From Candidatus Ozemobacteraceae bacterium (GTDB taxonomy: Bacteria > Muiribacteriota > Ozemobacteria > Ozemobacterales > Ozemobacteraceae): DNA of 64,000 nucleotides. A program made the translations under genes and the position numbers. Position 1 is the first letter of the stretch. Each line of letters opens with the position of its first letter. Where the stretch lies: NCBI GenBank assembly GCA_965140445.1, contig OZ223236.1:2912001-2976000 (forward strand), written 5' to 3'. Below, one piece after another: positions 46,461 to 55,109 of the stretch. A model generated the notes under the pieces. It did not search any database and was not told the origin of the DNA. It was given only the letters and a program-made list of their open reading frames with translations.

Positions 46461-47810
46461 TTAGATACCGCCGTCTACGAACCAGCGATTGGTTTCTGGA
46501 TGCCTTTTTAGGGCGATGTTGTGCTTTTTGATCGTTCCATTTTTTAGTTTGATTTCATAGGGGACGAATTTTGCGCCGTTGATCAATGAAATCGCAGAAG
46601 AAAAGCTGTTGCCAAGCTTTAGGACTTTTACATCACCGAGATATTCTTTGAAGGAACCGGTTACGGTGTAAAATTTGCCGACTTCATCCCAGTTTTTATT
46701 GGTGCAGGCTTCAAAGAAAGCTTTGGCAGCTTCTTCTGGAGTCATGGCTTCATACTTTTTGTTGTCGGGCAATATTTCATCTTGTTTGTTCCATGAAATA
46801 TTCTCTGGAAGATTGAGTTTAAAGGTGTCAGAAGCAAATTCCGGATTGTAGTCGATTTGTAGAAGTTCAAAAACAAGCTTCTGGTTGCTTCCATCAATCA
46901 GATAAATCTTTGCGGAGATTAGTAGGCCGGAATTTTTATCAAAAACATAGATTCTGCGTGTATCGGCAGTGGAGAAGAAAGAATTTCTAAGATAATCCTC
47001 TGAACTGTAGCCTGAATAAGCGTCTACGGTAACCACGCTGATAGGATGACCAGAAGCATTAACGCTGTCCTGAACTTTGCTTTTCCAACCATTTTTTTTA
47101 ATCGATTTCAATTCGTGGCTCAGTGAATTTGCAATGTTGGACATCCGCTGTAACCAGATTACGTCAAAAGCACTCTGGCAGGGGCGTGGAATCTTGTATC
47201 CATAGTCAGGAAGAATATGAAGAATAGTGGTTTCGCCGTCATTCGCAGCGACTCGTCCTGGTTTGGTAACTTTCCATTTATATGGCTTTTTAAATTCCTG
47301 CCATAGTTCAATGTCGATGAAATCATAATCTGGGCCGATTCCTGAAAAATTGTCATTGGGTAGGGAGCGGATTTTTCCTTTCAGGTGCATCGTGCGGATT
47401 TCTCCGATAGCCTTAATTCCCTTGTTAAAAACCTCTGCTGCAGCTACAACAGTGTTGGTTCCAGAAACCATAATCATCAAAAGAATGCCGGCAATACCAG
47501 CAAATATGCCTAATCCCATTGACCAGCGCCATTTAAGTATTTTACTCATAAATGAAATCCTTTCGGGTTCTTGAAAAGTCTGTTGCTCTTCAAGTTGTTT
47601 GATTCTGCTCATTACAGAACCTACCAACGACACGTCTGCCGTCATGGGCGCCCGATTACTTAACTCTCTGTTCAATATCTGAAAAGATTGCAGCTCAGCA
47701 CTGCATTCTTCACATTCGCTTAAATGATTACTAATGGAATGATATATTTCCTTATCCAGCGCTTCTTCAAGATAAGCGACCAGATTTTCCTGGCAATCTC
47801 TGCAATTCAT
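46461..47810 (-). CDS. zf-HC2 anti-sigma factor with TM and large extracytoplasmic (LolA-like) region
   Basis: MNC..C...HLSECEEC, one TM, beta-rich periplasmic part; coupled to the ECF gene. Confidence 0.8.
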   Translation of the reverse strand: MNCRDCQENLVAYLEEALDKEIYHSISNHLSECEECSAELQSFQILNRELSNRAPMTADVSLVGSVMSRIKQLEEQQTFQEPERISFMSKILKWRWSMGLGIFAGIAGILLMIMVSGTNTVVAAAEVFNKGIKAIGEIRTMHLKGKIRSLPNDNFSGIGPDYDFIDIELWQEFKKPYKWKVTKPGRVAANDGETTILHILPDYGYKIPRPCQSAFDVIWLQRMSNIANSLSHELKSIKKNGWKSKVQDSVNASGHPISVVTVDAYSGYSSEDYLRNSFFSTADTRRIYVFDKNSGLLISAKIYLIDGSNQKLVFELLQIDYNPEFASDTFKLNLPENISWNKQDEILPDNKKYEAMTPEEAAKAFFEACTNKNWDEVGKFYTVTGSFKEYLGDVKVLKLGNSFSSAISLINGAKFVPYEIKLKNGTIKKHNIALKRHPETNRWFVDGGI

Positions 47811-48349
47811 GCTAATTCCTCCACCAAATCAGAAGAAACAAAATTCAAGTTTTCCTTGAGTGTTGAGTAGGCTCTTGAAAGGTTCTTGGTCACCGTCCCA
47901 ATGGGAACTCTTAGCGTCTCAGCAATTTCCTTACAGGAATATCCCTGATAGTATCTTAATAAAATTGCTTTTCTCTGGACTTCGGGAAGGTTTGCTATCA
48001 ATTCTTCCAGGCCGAGTTCCTGTGTTTCTTCTGCCCAATCTATTGCGTAGTCTTCAATTTCTTTTTGAGTTTCCATGTTTTTTTTGGAATCCCTGAATAT
48101 TTCAAGAGCCACTCTTGCTCCAATTCCAATAAGCCATGAATTGAAAGCATCAGGATTTTTAAGCTTTGATAAACCGGTAAATGCCCGAATAAAAGCTTCT
48201 TGTGCGGCTTCAGAGGCCAGATCTTTGTCTTTCAATTTTCGCAGCAAATATGCAAATAGCGGTTTTTCATAGCGAATTACCAGAAATCGATAATAGTCTG
48301 AACTGCCTTTAAGGCACATTTCAATAAGCTCTTTGTCTGTGTGCTCCAT
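47807..48349 (-). CDS. ECF RNA polymerase sigma factor
   Basis: AQEAFIRAF, FNSWL, GYSCKEIAETL..PIGTV. Confidence 0.92.
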   Translation of the reverse strand: MEHTDKELIEMCLKGSSDYYRFLVIRYEKPLFAYLLRKLKDKDLASEAAQEAFIRAFTGLSKLKNPDAFNSWLIGIGARVALEIFRDSKKNMETQKEIEDYAIDWAEETQELGLEELIANLPEVQRKAILLRYYQGYSCKEIAETLRVPIGTVTKNLSRAYSTLKENLNFVSSDLVEELA

Positions 48350-48472
48350 TCAAATTTCTTCCACTTTTATTTGATTCTGGTTATTAGTGTTAAATTTTAA
48401 ATGTTTTGCGACAAAAATTTTATTATTTTTTTGGGGAGGGCAATTAAATCTTTAATTAAGGGGACAGCATAC

Positions 48473-49498
48473 TTAATTATTTTTTTGCGCAAGGTATCTT
48501 TTGCCAGCGGGGGTCAGGCGATATTTCTGGAGGCGACTTTGAGGCTTCCCAGGAACTGTCATTTCGATCAAACCTGAATTGATTGCAGATTGAAGATAGA
48601 ACTGGCGAAAGTGCTTGGGATCTGACAGGGAAAGCTTGAGCATTAGTTCCCTGCGGCTAAGCGGTTCATTCAAGAGTTGAAGCATTTGTTTGACTTCGGG
48701 GGTGACTTCAGGGGTGACTTCGGGGGTGAGCTGTGAAAAAGTCTTATCCTTTATTGCATTCAAAATCAATTTAAGCATGAAGTTTATAAAAGGTTTGCTG
48801 TCTACCAATTTTGTGCTTAGCGCTAATGAATCATAGTATTCCTGCTGATTGGAGAAAATCAGGCTTTCTACTGGAATCATTGCTAATACTGGCTGCCACT
48901 TTGAAAGAATAAGAGTTTGCCAGAGTCTTCCCATACGTCCATTTCCATCTATAAAAGGATGGATAAATTCAAATTCATAGTGAAAAACGGTGCTCAAGAT
49001 GAGAGGGTGTTCTTCAGATGAAGACAACCAATTTATTAAATTATTCATCAGACCAGAAACTTGTTTCGGCGGGGGGGCAACATGAATGACTTGTGCTCCT
49101 GCCATAACTCCTGCACCACTTTTGCGGAATTTACCTGGGAATTCAATGATTCCTTCCATCAATAAAGAATGGGCCTTTAATAGATCCTGGATGGAATATG
49201 GATTTAGTTCTTCTAATTTATCGTAAAGGGCCATAGCATTTTTAGCTTCGATAATTTCATGTTTGGGTGCTATTACCCGCTTGCCTGAGATAATTGCTGT
49301 GATTTGATCGATACTGAGAGTGTTTCCTTCAATTGCCAACGAACCTTGAACTGTTCTCAACTGGTTGATTCTTCTCAATTTTAACAGCTCAGAGGCTGCT
49401 TCTCCATGGGACAAGTGCCCACTTAGTTCACAAATCTCTGCAACAAGGTTCAGAGTCTTTGAATCAATTGTAAATGGTGGAGAATAGATATTCTTCAT
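48473..49498 (-). CDS. Fic-domain protein (class II, N-terminal inhibitory helix) with C-terminal HTH-like domain
   Basis: HPFIDGNGRMGR; SLAIEGN inhibitory motif; TPEV x3 linker. Confidence 0.92.
   Translation of the reverse strand: MKNIYSPPFTIDSKTLNLVAEICELSGHLSHGEAASELLKLRRINQLRTVQGSLAIEGNTLSIDQITAIISGKRVIAPKHEIIEAKNAMALYDKLEELNPYSIQDLLKAHSLLMEGIIEFPGKFRKSGAGVMAGAQVIHVAPPPKQVSGLMNNLINWLSSSEEHPLILSTVFHYEFEFIHPFIDGNGRMGRLWQTLILSKWQPVLAMIPVESLIFSNQQEYYDSLALSTKLVDSKPFINFMLKLILNAIKDKTFSQLTPEVTPEVTPEVKQMLQLLNEPLSRRELMLKLSLSDPKHFRQFYLQSAINSGLIEMTVPGKPQSRLQKYRLTPAGKRYLAQKNN
48692..48727 (-). repeat. 12-bp coding tandem repeat x3 (TPEV)
   Basis: gacttcgggggt gacttcaggggt gacttcgggggt. Confidence 0.85.
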
Positions 49499-49575
49499 GG
49501 AAATATTTTAACACAATTACACTGCAACACCCCAGAAACTAATTAGGGCCGTTTGTAAAATATGGAGCTTCTGCG

Positions 49576-49884
49576 CTACGCTTTTTTTATGTTTTTTATG
49601 CCCAGAACCATGAGGGCAAAGATTATTATTTTCAAAACGTAATGATCGTGGAGATCCATAAAGTTTTTGGTTAATGGCGTCATTCTGCCAATAACAAGGT
49701 GAATCGGGATGCTAAGTGGTATTGTAAAATAAAGCCAGCTGCTTCTTGGGATTTCTATTCCGAGTTTTCTGCATAATTTGGTTAAAAGCGGGCTAAGCAA
49801 ATATATCCCCAGAAAAGAAGCCACAAAATCAAAAATCGCGTATCCCGCAATCCTGAACTGCCTTAAAAATGTAATTGTTTGCAC
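49576..49884 (-). CDS. Small hypothetical membrane protein
   Basis: 102 aa, three hydrophobic segments, GAGG RBS before GTG. Confidence 0.65.
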   Translation of the reverse strand: MQTITFLRQFRIAGYAIFDFVASFLGIYLLSPLLTKLCRKLGIEIPRSSWLYFTIPLSIPIHLVIGRMTPLTKNFMDLHDHYVLKIIIFALMVLGIKNIKKA

Positions 49885-49991
49885 TAATTTATCCTCTCAA
49901 ACCTGTTTTTTGGCTTGTCACTCTAAAGCGATTTTGATCTTAACATTTTATGGGGATAGTTTATATGTGAAACAGGATAAATAAATTCGAA

Positions 49992-50393
49992 TCAGCTTTC
50001 AGTTGCTTTAATTAATCCCGGCAGCACCTTGGTAATATACTCTTTATCAGCATCATGAAAGTCATTTAAGGGAATTTCTTCTGGAGCAAACCAGTAAAAG
50101 GTCTGTTTCCTTGCACTTACGGTAGCTTTTGGCTGTTGATTAGGGTCGCCGGCAAGCAGAACAAAATGCAGTGGTTCGTTTGTGGAAGAAAGGAAACTTG
50201 TTGTGTTCAGTATCTGGGTTAAGCGTAATCCAGTTTCTTCATAAAGCTCTCTGATAGCACCTTGCTCAGGCGTTTCGCCCGCATCGACAGAGCCGCCTGA
50301 AAACTCATAAACCATGCCGGTTGTTCTTCTGAATCTGTTTTGGACAAGGACTTTGCCTTGTAAAAGGACTACAGCCATTGCAATTTGGGGCAT
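49992..50393 (-). CDS. NUDIX hydrolase
   Basis: GGSVDAGETPEQGAIRELYEETGL Nudix box. Confidence 0.9.
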   Translation of the reverse strand: MPQIAMAVVLLQGKVLVQNRFRRTTGMVYEFSGGSVDAGETPEQGAIRELYEETGLRLTQILNTTSFLSSTNEPLHFVLLAGDPNQQPKATVSARKQTFYWFAPEEIPLNDFHDADKEYITKVLPGLIKATES

Positions 50394-50408
50394 GGTTTAG
50401 GAATCTCC

Positions 50409-50999
50409 TTAAAGTCTGGTTAAAACAATCATGTTGGCTGAAAGTTTTCCGGCGCTGTTTGCCAGATCAACTGGGAGGCAGGGGCCATGCTTAAACTTGT
50501 CTAACGGAAAATGCTTTTGAGCTTCCGATTCGTTTACTGGAACAAAAGGTTCACGATTCAGGTCTCGGCATCCGCGCAGAATGAAGAATCCGCCAGGTTT
50601 CAGAACTCTGGCAATTTCCTTGCCGAAATCGGGTCTGAGTTCATGGCTGATATGATGCATACAACAGCGGTCAGAGACTAAATCAAAAGAAGAATCAGCA
50701 AAGGGTAGGGCACAAACATTGGAAGTTATGTAAACCCCCGCAGAGTTTTCCCCAGGATTTTGGGCAATTTTAAGGGCTTCATGGGAAAAATCAATGCCAA
50801 AAGCCTTAAAACCTATTGATGACAAATAGCGCACGTCTGTGCCACTTCCGCAACCAAGATCGAGTGAATATGGGTTCTGCGGAATCTGAAGGCAGGCTAG
50901 GGCACCTATGAGCTCTTGCGAGGGCAATTCATAGTTCCATTTGCTCTGATATTCGCCAGATTTGTAACTTTTGTTCCAATATGAAGTTTCAACAACCAT
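50409..50999 (-). CDS. Class I SAM-dependent methyltransferase
   Basis: LDLGCGSG, GIDFS, LPFADSSFD, RVLKPGG; ATG 50999. Confidence 0.88.
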   Translation of the reverse strand: MVVETSYWNKSYKSGEYQSKWNYELPSQELIGALACLQIPQNPYSLDLGCGSGTDVRYLSSIGFKAFGIDFSHEALKIAQNPGENSAGVYITSNVCALPFADSSFDLVSDRCCMHHISHELRPDFGKEIARVLKPGGFFILRGCRDLNREPFVPVNESEAQKHFPLDKFKHGPCLPVDLANSAGKLSANMIVLTRL

Positions 51000-51039
51000 G
51001 CCTCGAGTATACAATCCTGATTTATCAGATGCCAGTCTT

Positions 51040-51097
51040 TAATTATGGGGACACCTTACTTAATTCATTCGAATTAAGTAAGGTGTCCCCATAATTA
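51040..51097. repeat. Perfect 27-bp inverted repeat (REPIN-like doublet)
   Basis: TAATTATGGGGACACCTTACTTAATTC-ATTC-GAATTAAGTAAGGTGTCCCCATAATTA. Confidence 0.92.
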
Positions 51098-51108
51098 TCC
51101 AAAATAAA

Positions 51109-51143
51109 AAAACGGCTACCATCTTTATAATGGCAGCCGTTTT
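51109..51143 (-). terminator. Intrinsic terminator after tonB
   Basis: Minus strand AAAACGGCTGCCAT...ATGGTAGCCGTTTTTTT. Confidence 0.8.
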
Positions 51144-51157
51144 GAGAGACTTAATTA

Positions 51158-52228
51158 TTAGCTGTTAAGCTGGTATTGAACTGTGATTTTAACCCAGGTT
51201 TCTTTGGGTTCGCCGTCGACCAGGACTGGGGTGAAAACCCATCTGCGCAGGGCTTGAGCGCCGTTGATTGCGAGTTTAGGGTCGATGGTGGAGTTCATGG
51301 TTACTACGTCGCCTACGGTTCCTGATTGTTGGATAAGAACGCGATAAACGGCAAGGCCGCGAACGCCATTCTTTCTGGCCCATACTGGATATTCAGGAAG
51401 CTTCTTGGAAATGATTCCAGGAGGTGAGAAGTTTTCGGAGTTCCCGCCGAAGGATTCGATAGAACCGATTTTGAATTCGCCAGTATCTTCTGATTCCCTG
51501 GCTTCTTTTATTCCAATGTTTGCAGGAGCAATAGAAGCCTGTTCCATTGATTTTTCTTCCATTTCGAGAAAGTCAGATGGCATAAGTTCGTCAGCTGCGC
51601 CAGGCATATCAGCATCAGTTAACTCAAATTCTGGATCTCCAGAGAATGGATTTGCAGAACTGTATTGATTGATGTTTTCAAATGTCGGGTTAACGTGTGA
51701 AGGTTTAGGGTTAGCTACCACTTCAGGTTTTGCCTGAACCACTGCTGGTTTATCAGAAACACCATTGTTCACTGGAGCTTCTTTGGGAAGAACCTTTTTT
51801 ACTTCTTCAACAACTGGTGCTTTTGCTACAGCTTCCACTTTTTTTTGAACCTGTTTTACAGGCTTTTTGGAAACTACTTTCTCTGGAGCTTTAACCACTT
51901 TTTTTACTGCAGGTTTCTTAGCTACTTTTTTTACTGTTTTGGTTGTTTTGCTTTTGGACTTCTTGCGGGAAACAGACTTTCTTTTTCCTTTTGAAGCTTT
52001 CTTTGCAACAACTTTTTCTGTAACTTTTCTGGTTTCGTTTCCAGGAGTTTTAACCTGAGAAACCAATTTTACAGGAACAACCTTACGAACATTAGATTCT
52101 GCTTTGACGCTATTCCAGGCAAAAAAAGCGGATAGAGCCAATAGAAGTGCAAGGTGAACAATTATGGACAGCTTAACTTCATCAAGGCCTTCAAATTTTT
52201 TGGGTGCGAACAGCTTTACTATTTTCAT
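51158..52228 (-). CDS. tonB: TonB-family energy transducer
   Basis: TM with SIIVH, Lys/Pro-rich linker, C-terminal PEYP.WAR..GVRG...RRWVFTP...G.P. Confidence 0.85.
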   Translation of the reverse strand: MKIVKLFAPKKFEGLDEVKLSIIVHLALLLALSAFFAWNSVKAESNVRKVVPVKLVSQVKTPGNETRKVTEKVVAKKASKGKRKSVSRKKSKSKTTKTVKKVAKKPAVKKVVKAPEKVVSKKPVKQVQKKVEAVAKAPVVEEVKKVLPKEAPVNNGVSDKPAVVQAKPEVVANPKPSHVNPTFENINQYSSANPFSGDPEFELTDADMPGAADELMPSDFLEMEEKSMEQASIAPANIGIKEARESEDTGEFKIGSIESFGGNSENFSPPGIISKKLPEYPVWARKNGVRGLAVYRVLIQQSGTVGDVVTMNSTIDPKLAINGAQALRRWVFTPVLVDGEPKETWVKITVQYQLNS

Positions 52229-52635
52229 TTTTCCATTGTGGTTGAAAGGCCGAGGTTGTTTCCTCCAGCTTTTCTAAGGGTATCAAGAACCTGAACGATT
52301 CTTCCGTAGCTTGCGGCTTTGTCAGCTTCAACAAGGAGAGGCCTTGAAGGAGCATTGCTAACATATTTTTTTACAACTTCTTCGAGTTTCTGAACAGTAA
52401 GAACTTTGCCCTGAGCATGGATCTTACCATCTTTGGTAATCTGAACCGAAAGGTTTTCACCTTCAACTGAAGCTGAGTTTGATGCTCCAGGAAGATTCAC
52501 AGGAACCTTCTTAATGTTATTGGCGAAACTTGAAGTAATCATAAAGAAGAATACAAGAAGAAGAATTACATCGATAAGGTTGGTTACTACAATCTGAGGT
52601 TTGCTTTTTTTGCGATTAGGCAGCAGCTTTTTCAT
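52225..52635 (-). CDS. exbD: ExbD/TolR
   Basis: TNLIDVILLLVFFFMI, ADKAASYG; ATG 52635. Confidence 0.9.
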   Translation of the reverse strand: MKKLLPNRKKSKPQIVVTNLIDVILLLVFFFMITSSFANNIKKVPVNLPGASNSASVEGENLSVQITKDGKIHAQGKVLTVQKLEEVVKKYVSNAPSRPLLVEADKAASYGRIVQVLDTLRKAGGNNLGLSTTMEK

Positions 52636-53263
52636 ATCCAACCTCCATATTAGAAACAAGATTTACAAGTTCAAGTGTGCTGAATTCAATCTGTTCTGCA
52701 AATTCTTCGCCTTTGCCTTCACACCAGTTGTGAGCCACAAGAGCAGGAATTCCAACCATAAGGCCGGCCGCAGTAGTATAGAGGGCTTGAGAAATTCCGC
52801 CAGCTAAAGCAGTCGGATCACCAATTCCCACAGTTGAAATCACAGCAAACGAAGAGATCATACCGGTTACAGTTCCGGTTAAACCAAGCAATGGAGTAAT
52901 GCTGGCAATGGTGCTAAGCTTTCCAAGGTGCTTGTCGTATTTTTTCATTTGAAGAATGGCTTCCTGGCGCATAACGTCCACGAGGTCTTCTTTTTTGAGA
53001 TCAAGATGGTCGATTCCAGCTGCAATTACGTTTGCAAGTGGGGTATTCTCGGCTCTGCAGATTTTCATGGCTTCGAGATAGTTGCGGCATTTGATTGCAT
53101 TTTTGATGCTCTTCATGAAGGTAGAAGCCTGAAAACGATTGCGATGATAGAATCTAATTCTTTCGATTAAGATTGCAACGGCGAGAACAGAACACGCGAC
53201 GATTGGCAGCATAATTGGGCCACCACTAACGAACAGATCGACAATAAACAAATCTTTTAACAT
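52616..53263 (-). CDS. exbB: ExbB/TolQ/MotA proton channel
   Basis: PLLGLTGTVTGMI, LAGGISQALYTTAAGL. Confidence 0.92.
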   Translation of the reverse strand: MLKDLFIVDLFVSGGPIMLPIVACSVLAVAILIERIRFYHRNRFQASTFMKSIKNAIKCRNYLEAMKICRAENTPLANVIAAGIDHLDLKKEDLVDVMRQEAILQMKKYDKHLGKLSTIASITPLLGLTGTVTGMISSFAVISTVGIGDPTALAGGISQALYTTAAGLMVGIPALVAHNWCEGKGEEFAEQIEFSTLELVNLVSNMEVGYEKAAA

Positions 53264-53272
53264 GTTTGCCTC

Positions 53273-54886
53273 CTAGAAATGCGCTTCAACGCCAGCTACA
53301 GTAAGTCGTCCTTCTTCCGGGACGTTATATCTTAAGTCTTTAGCTTCATCATAAAGGTCTTTGACCTTGAGATAGGCGTTGTAAGTTTTATTCAGTTTGT
53401 ATCTCACAAGTAGATCAGATCTTGAGTAGTCATCCGCACCGAATGAATTTGTTGGTGTGTAAGCAGTGCGGTCAAATTCAGCTCTTCTTGTAAAATCAAC
53501 CATTACTTTACCTTCGGTATAATTGAACCCGACATCAAGGGTTCTTTTTGGTTCGTAAGAAAGTTTTCTTCCGTTAGAACTGTCTTCAGGTGTTTGATAA
53601 GTGCTTTTGAGAGAAATTTTAAAATGATCTTCAATTTTGAAAGCGCCTCTTAAAGAAGTGCCTTTTCTTTTTGCTTCGTTTAAGAATCTGAAAGTTGAAG
53701 TGAGCATTGCTTTACCAGGATCATAGAGATCAAGGGTTTCAAGGTAGTTAGACTCTTTTTCGCTGAAGATATCGATTCCGAGTGTGTCACCTTTTTTGGT
53801 TCTGTAGTTAAGAGATGCAGCCATCTTTTTGAGATGAGAAGCTTTGAGAGAGTTATTAACAACATACCTTGAAGGCATGAAGATTTTTTCCATTGAATCG
53901 TTGCCAAGATCTTCGTCATAAGAAAGAACCAACTGCCATGGCTGAGCAAATCTATGGTCCAGTTTCACGTAAGGGGCCATTTTATCTGTGCTCATCAGAC
54001 TCATGCTTTTGATTCCGAATTTAGCGTTGGTTTTGCTGCTTACATCATAGTCTCCGCCAAGATCCACAACTGATTTTGTCAGTTCTCTATCAGGAGAACC
54101 TGTGGTGGTGTATTTGTCAGAAACCATTGAAAGGGCAGCCTTCCCTTTGAAAGAAGGGCTGAAAGATTTCAGATATGAAGCACCTGCCGCAAAAGAAAAT
54201 AGTGAATCTTCTTCTTTAAAACTAATGTTTGAGTTGGTAACTTCGCGACCGAGGGAAGTGATGTCAGCGTTAGCCTTGAAGAACGAACCATCTTCGAGGG
54301 TTGAATGGCCAGAAACGCCAATGCGTCCACCTGAATCTTCTATTCCGGCGTTTGCAGTTGGAATAAGGCGAGATCCACGTTGAGCAAAGCTGTTGCTTCC
54401 ATATTCCCCGTTTACTGAAAGCATGTAACTGCCTTCACCGGTTGAGGTTACACGGCCTGAAACACCAGTTTTTTCTTCGTCATAAAACGATTTATATCCA
54501 TCTTTAGTCATTCGGGAAATAGCGATGTCGCCTGTGTAACCGTTGCGGACGCCTTTGCCGTTAAGGATGATTTCATCAGCGCCACGGTTTCCAATACCCA
54601 ATGCCACAGAAATTTCTTCTTTGTTTTCCTTATGGATGTTGCTGGCGATCTTCTTTTCAACGAGAGGGCGCTTTTCCATCTGAATTTCTTCTGGAATCAA
54701 ATCTGGCATAGGAGAGGTGCGCTCACCCATGTTAATTTCCAGATCGTTGATGTCTGGTGTGATTTTTTCCTGCTGGGCATCCTGGCCTACTACCTGGATT
54801 TTACCCATGTCGTAAGCGTCAGCAGCAAAAAGAGTGGAACTACAACTTAATACAATAGCAAATGCAACAATCTTGAGTTTATGCAT
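53273..54886 (-). CDS. Outer-membrane beta-barrel, TonB-dependent-receptor-like
   Basis: Signal peptide, TonB-box-like MGKIQVVG, amphipathic strands, VKDLYDE...GRLTVAGVEAHF ending in F; upstream of exbBD-tonB. Confidence 0.7.
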   Translation of the reverse strand: MHKLKIVAFAIVLSCSSTLFAADAYDMGKIQVVGQDAQQEKITPDINDLEINMGERTSPMPDLIPEEIQMEKRPLVEKKIASNIHKENKEEISVALGIGNRGADEIILNGKGVRNGYTGDIAISRMTKDGYKSFYDEEKTGVSGRVTSTGEGSYMLSVNGEYGSNSFAQRGSRLIPTANAGIEDSGGRIGVSGHSTLEDGSFFKANADITSLGREVTNSNISFKEEDSLFSFAAGASYLKSFSPSFKGKAALSMVSDKYTTTGSPDRELTKSVVDLGGDYDVSSKTNAKFGIKSMSLMSTDKMAPYVKLDHRFAQPWQLVLSYDEDLGNDSMEKIFMPSRYVVNNSLKASHLKKMAASLNYRTKKGDTLGIDIFSEKESNYLETLDLYDPGKAMLTSTFRFLNEAKRKGTSLRGAFKIEDHFKISLKSTYQTPEDSSNGRKLSYEPKRTLDVGFNYTEGKVMVDFTRRAEFDRTAYTPTNSFGADDYSRSDLLVRYKLNKTYNAYLKVKDLYDEAKDLRYNVPEEGRLTVAGVEAHF

Positions 54887-55050
54887 GATTTGCCTCCAGC
54901 CTATTTATTTTCTGTTATCAATATCGACAGAAAGGCAGGGGGAAATTAGTGAGAAATTAGGTAGAAAATTACTAATAGACGCAATTAGAGACCAGCAGAG
55001 GCTGGACAGAGAAAAAAATATTTTGCGCTGCAGTGTAGGTGTTTGTGCAT

Positions 55051-55090
55051 AAAAAAAGAGAGTCACATTTGCTTCAAATGCGACTCTCTC
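55051..55090 (-). terminator. Intrinsic terminator after the TPR gene
   Basis: AGAGAGTCACATTTG...CAAATGCGACTCTCT, T-run on minus strand. Confidence 0.8.
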
Positions 55091-55109
55091 TTGTTGAAAA
55101 CAGAATAAA

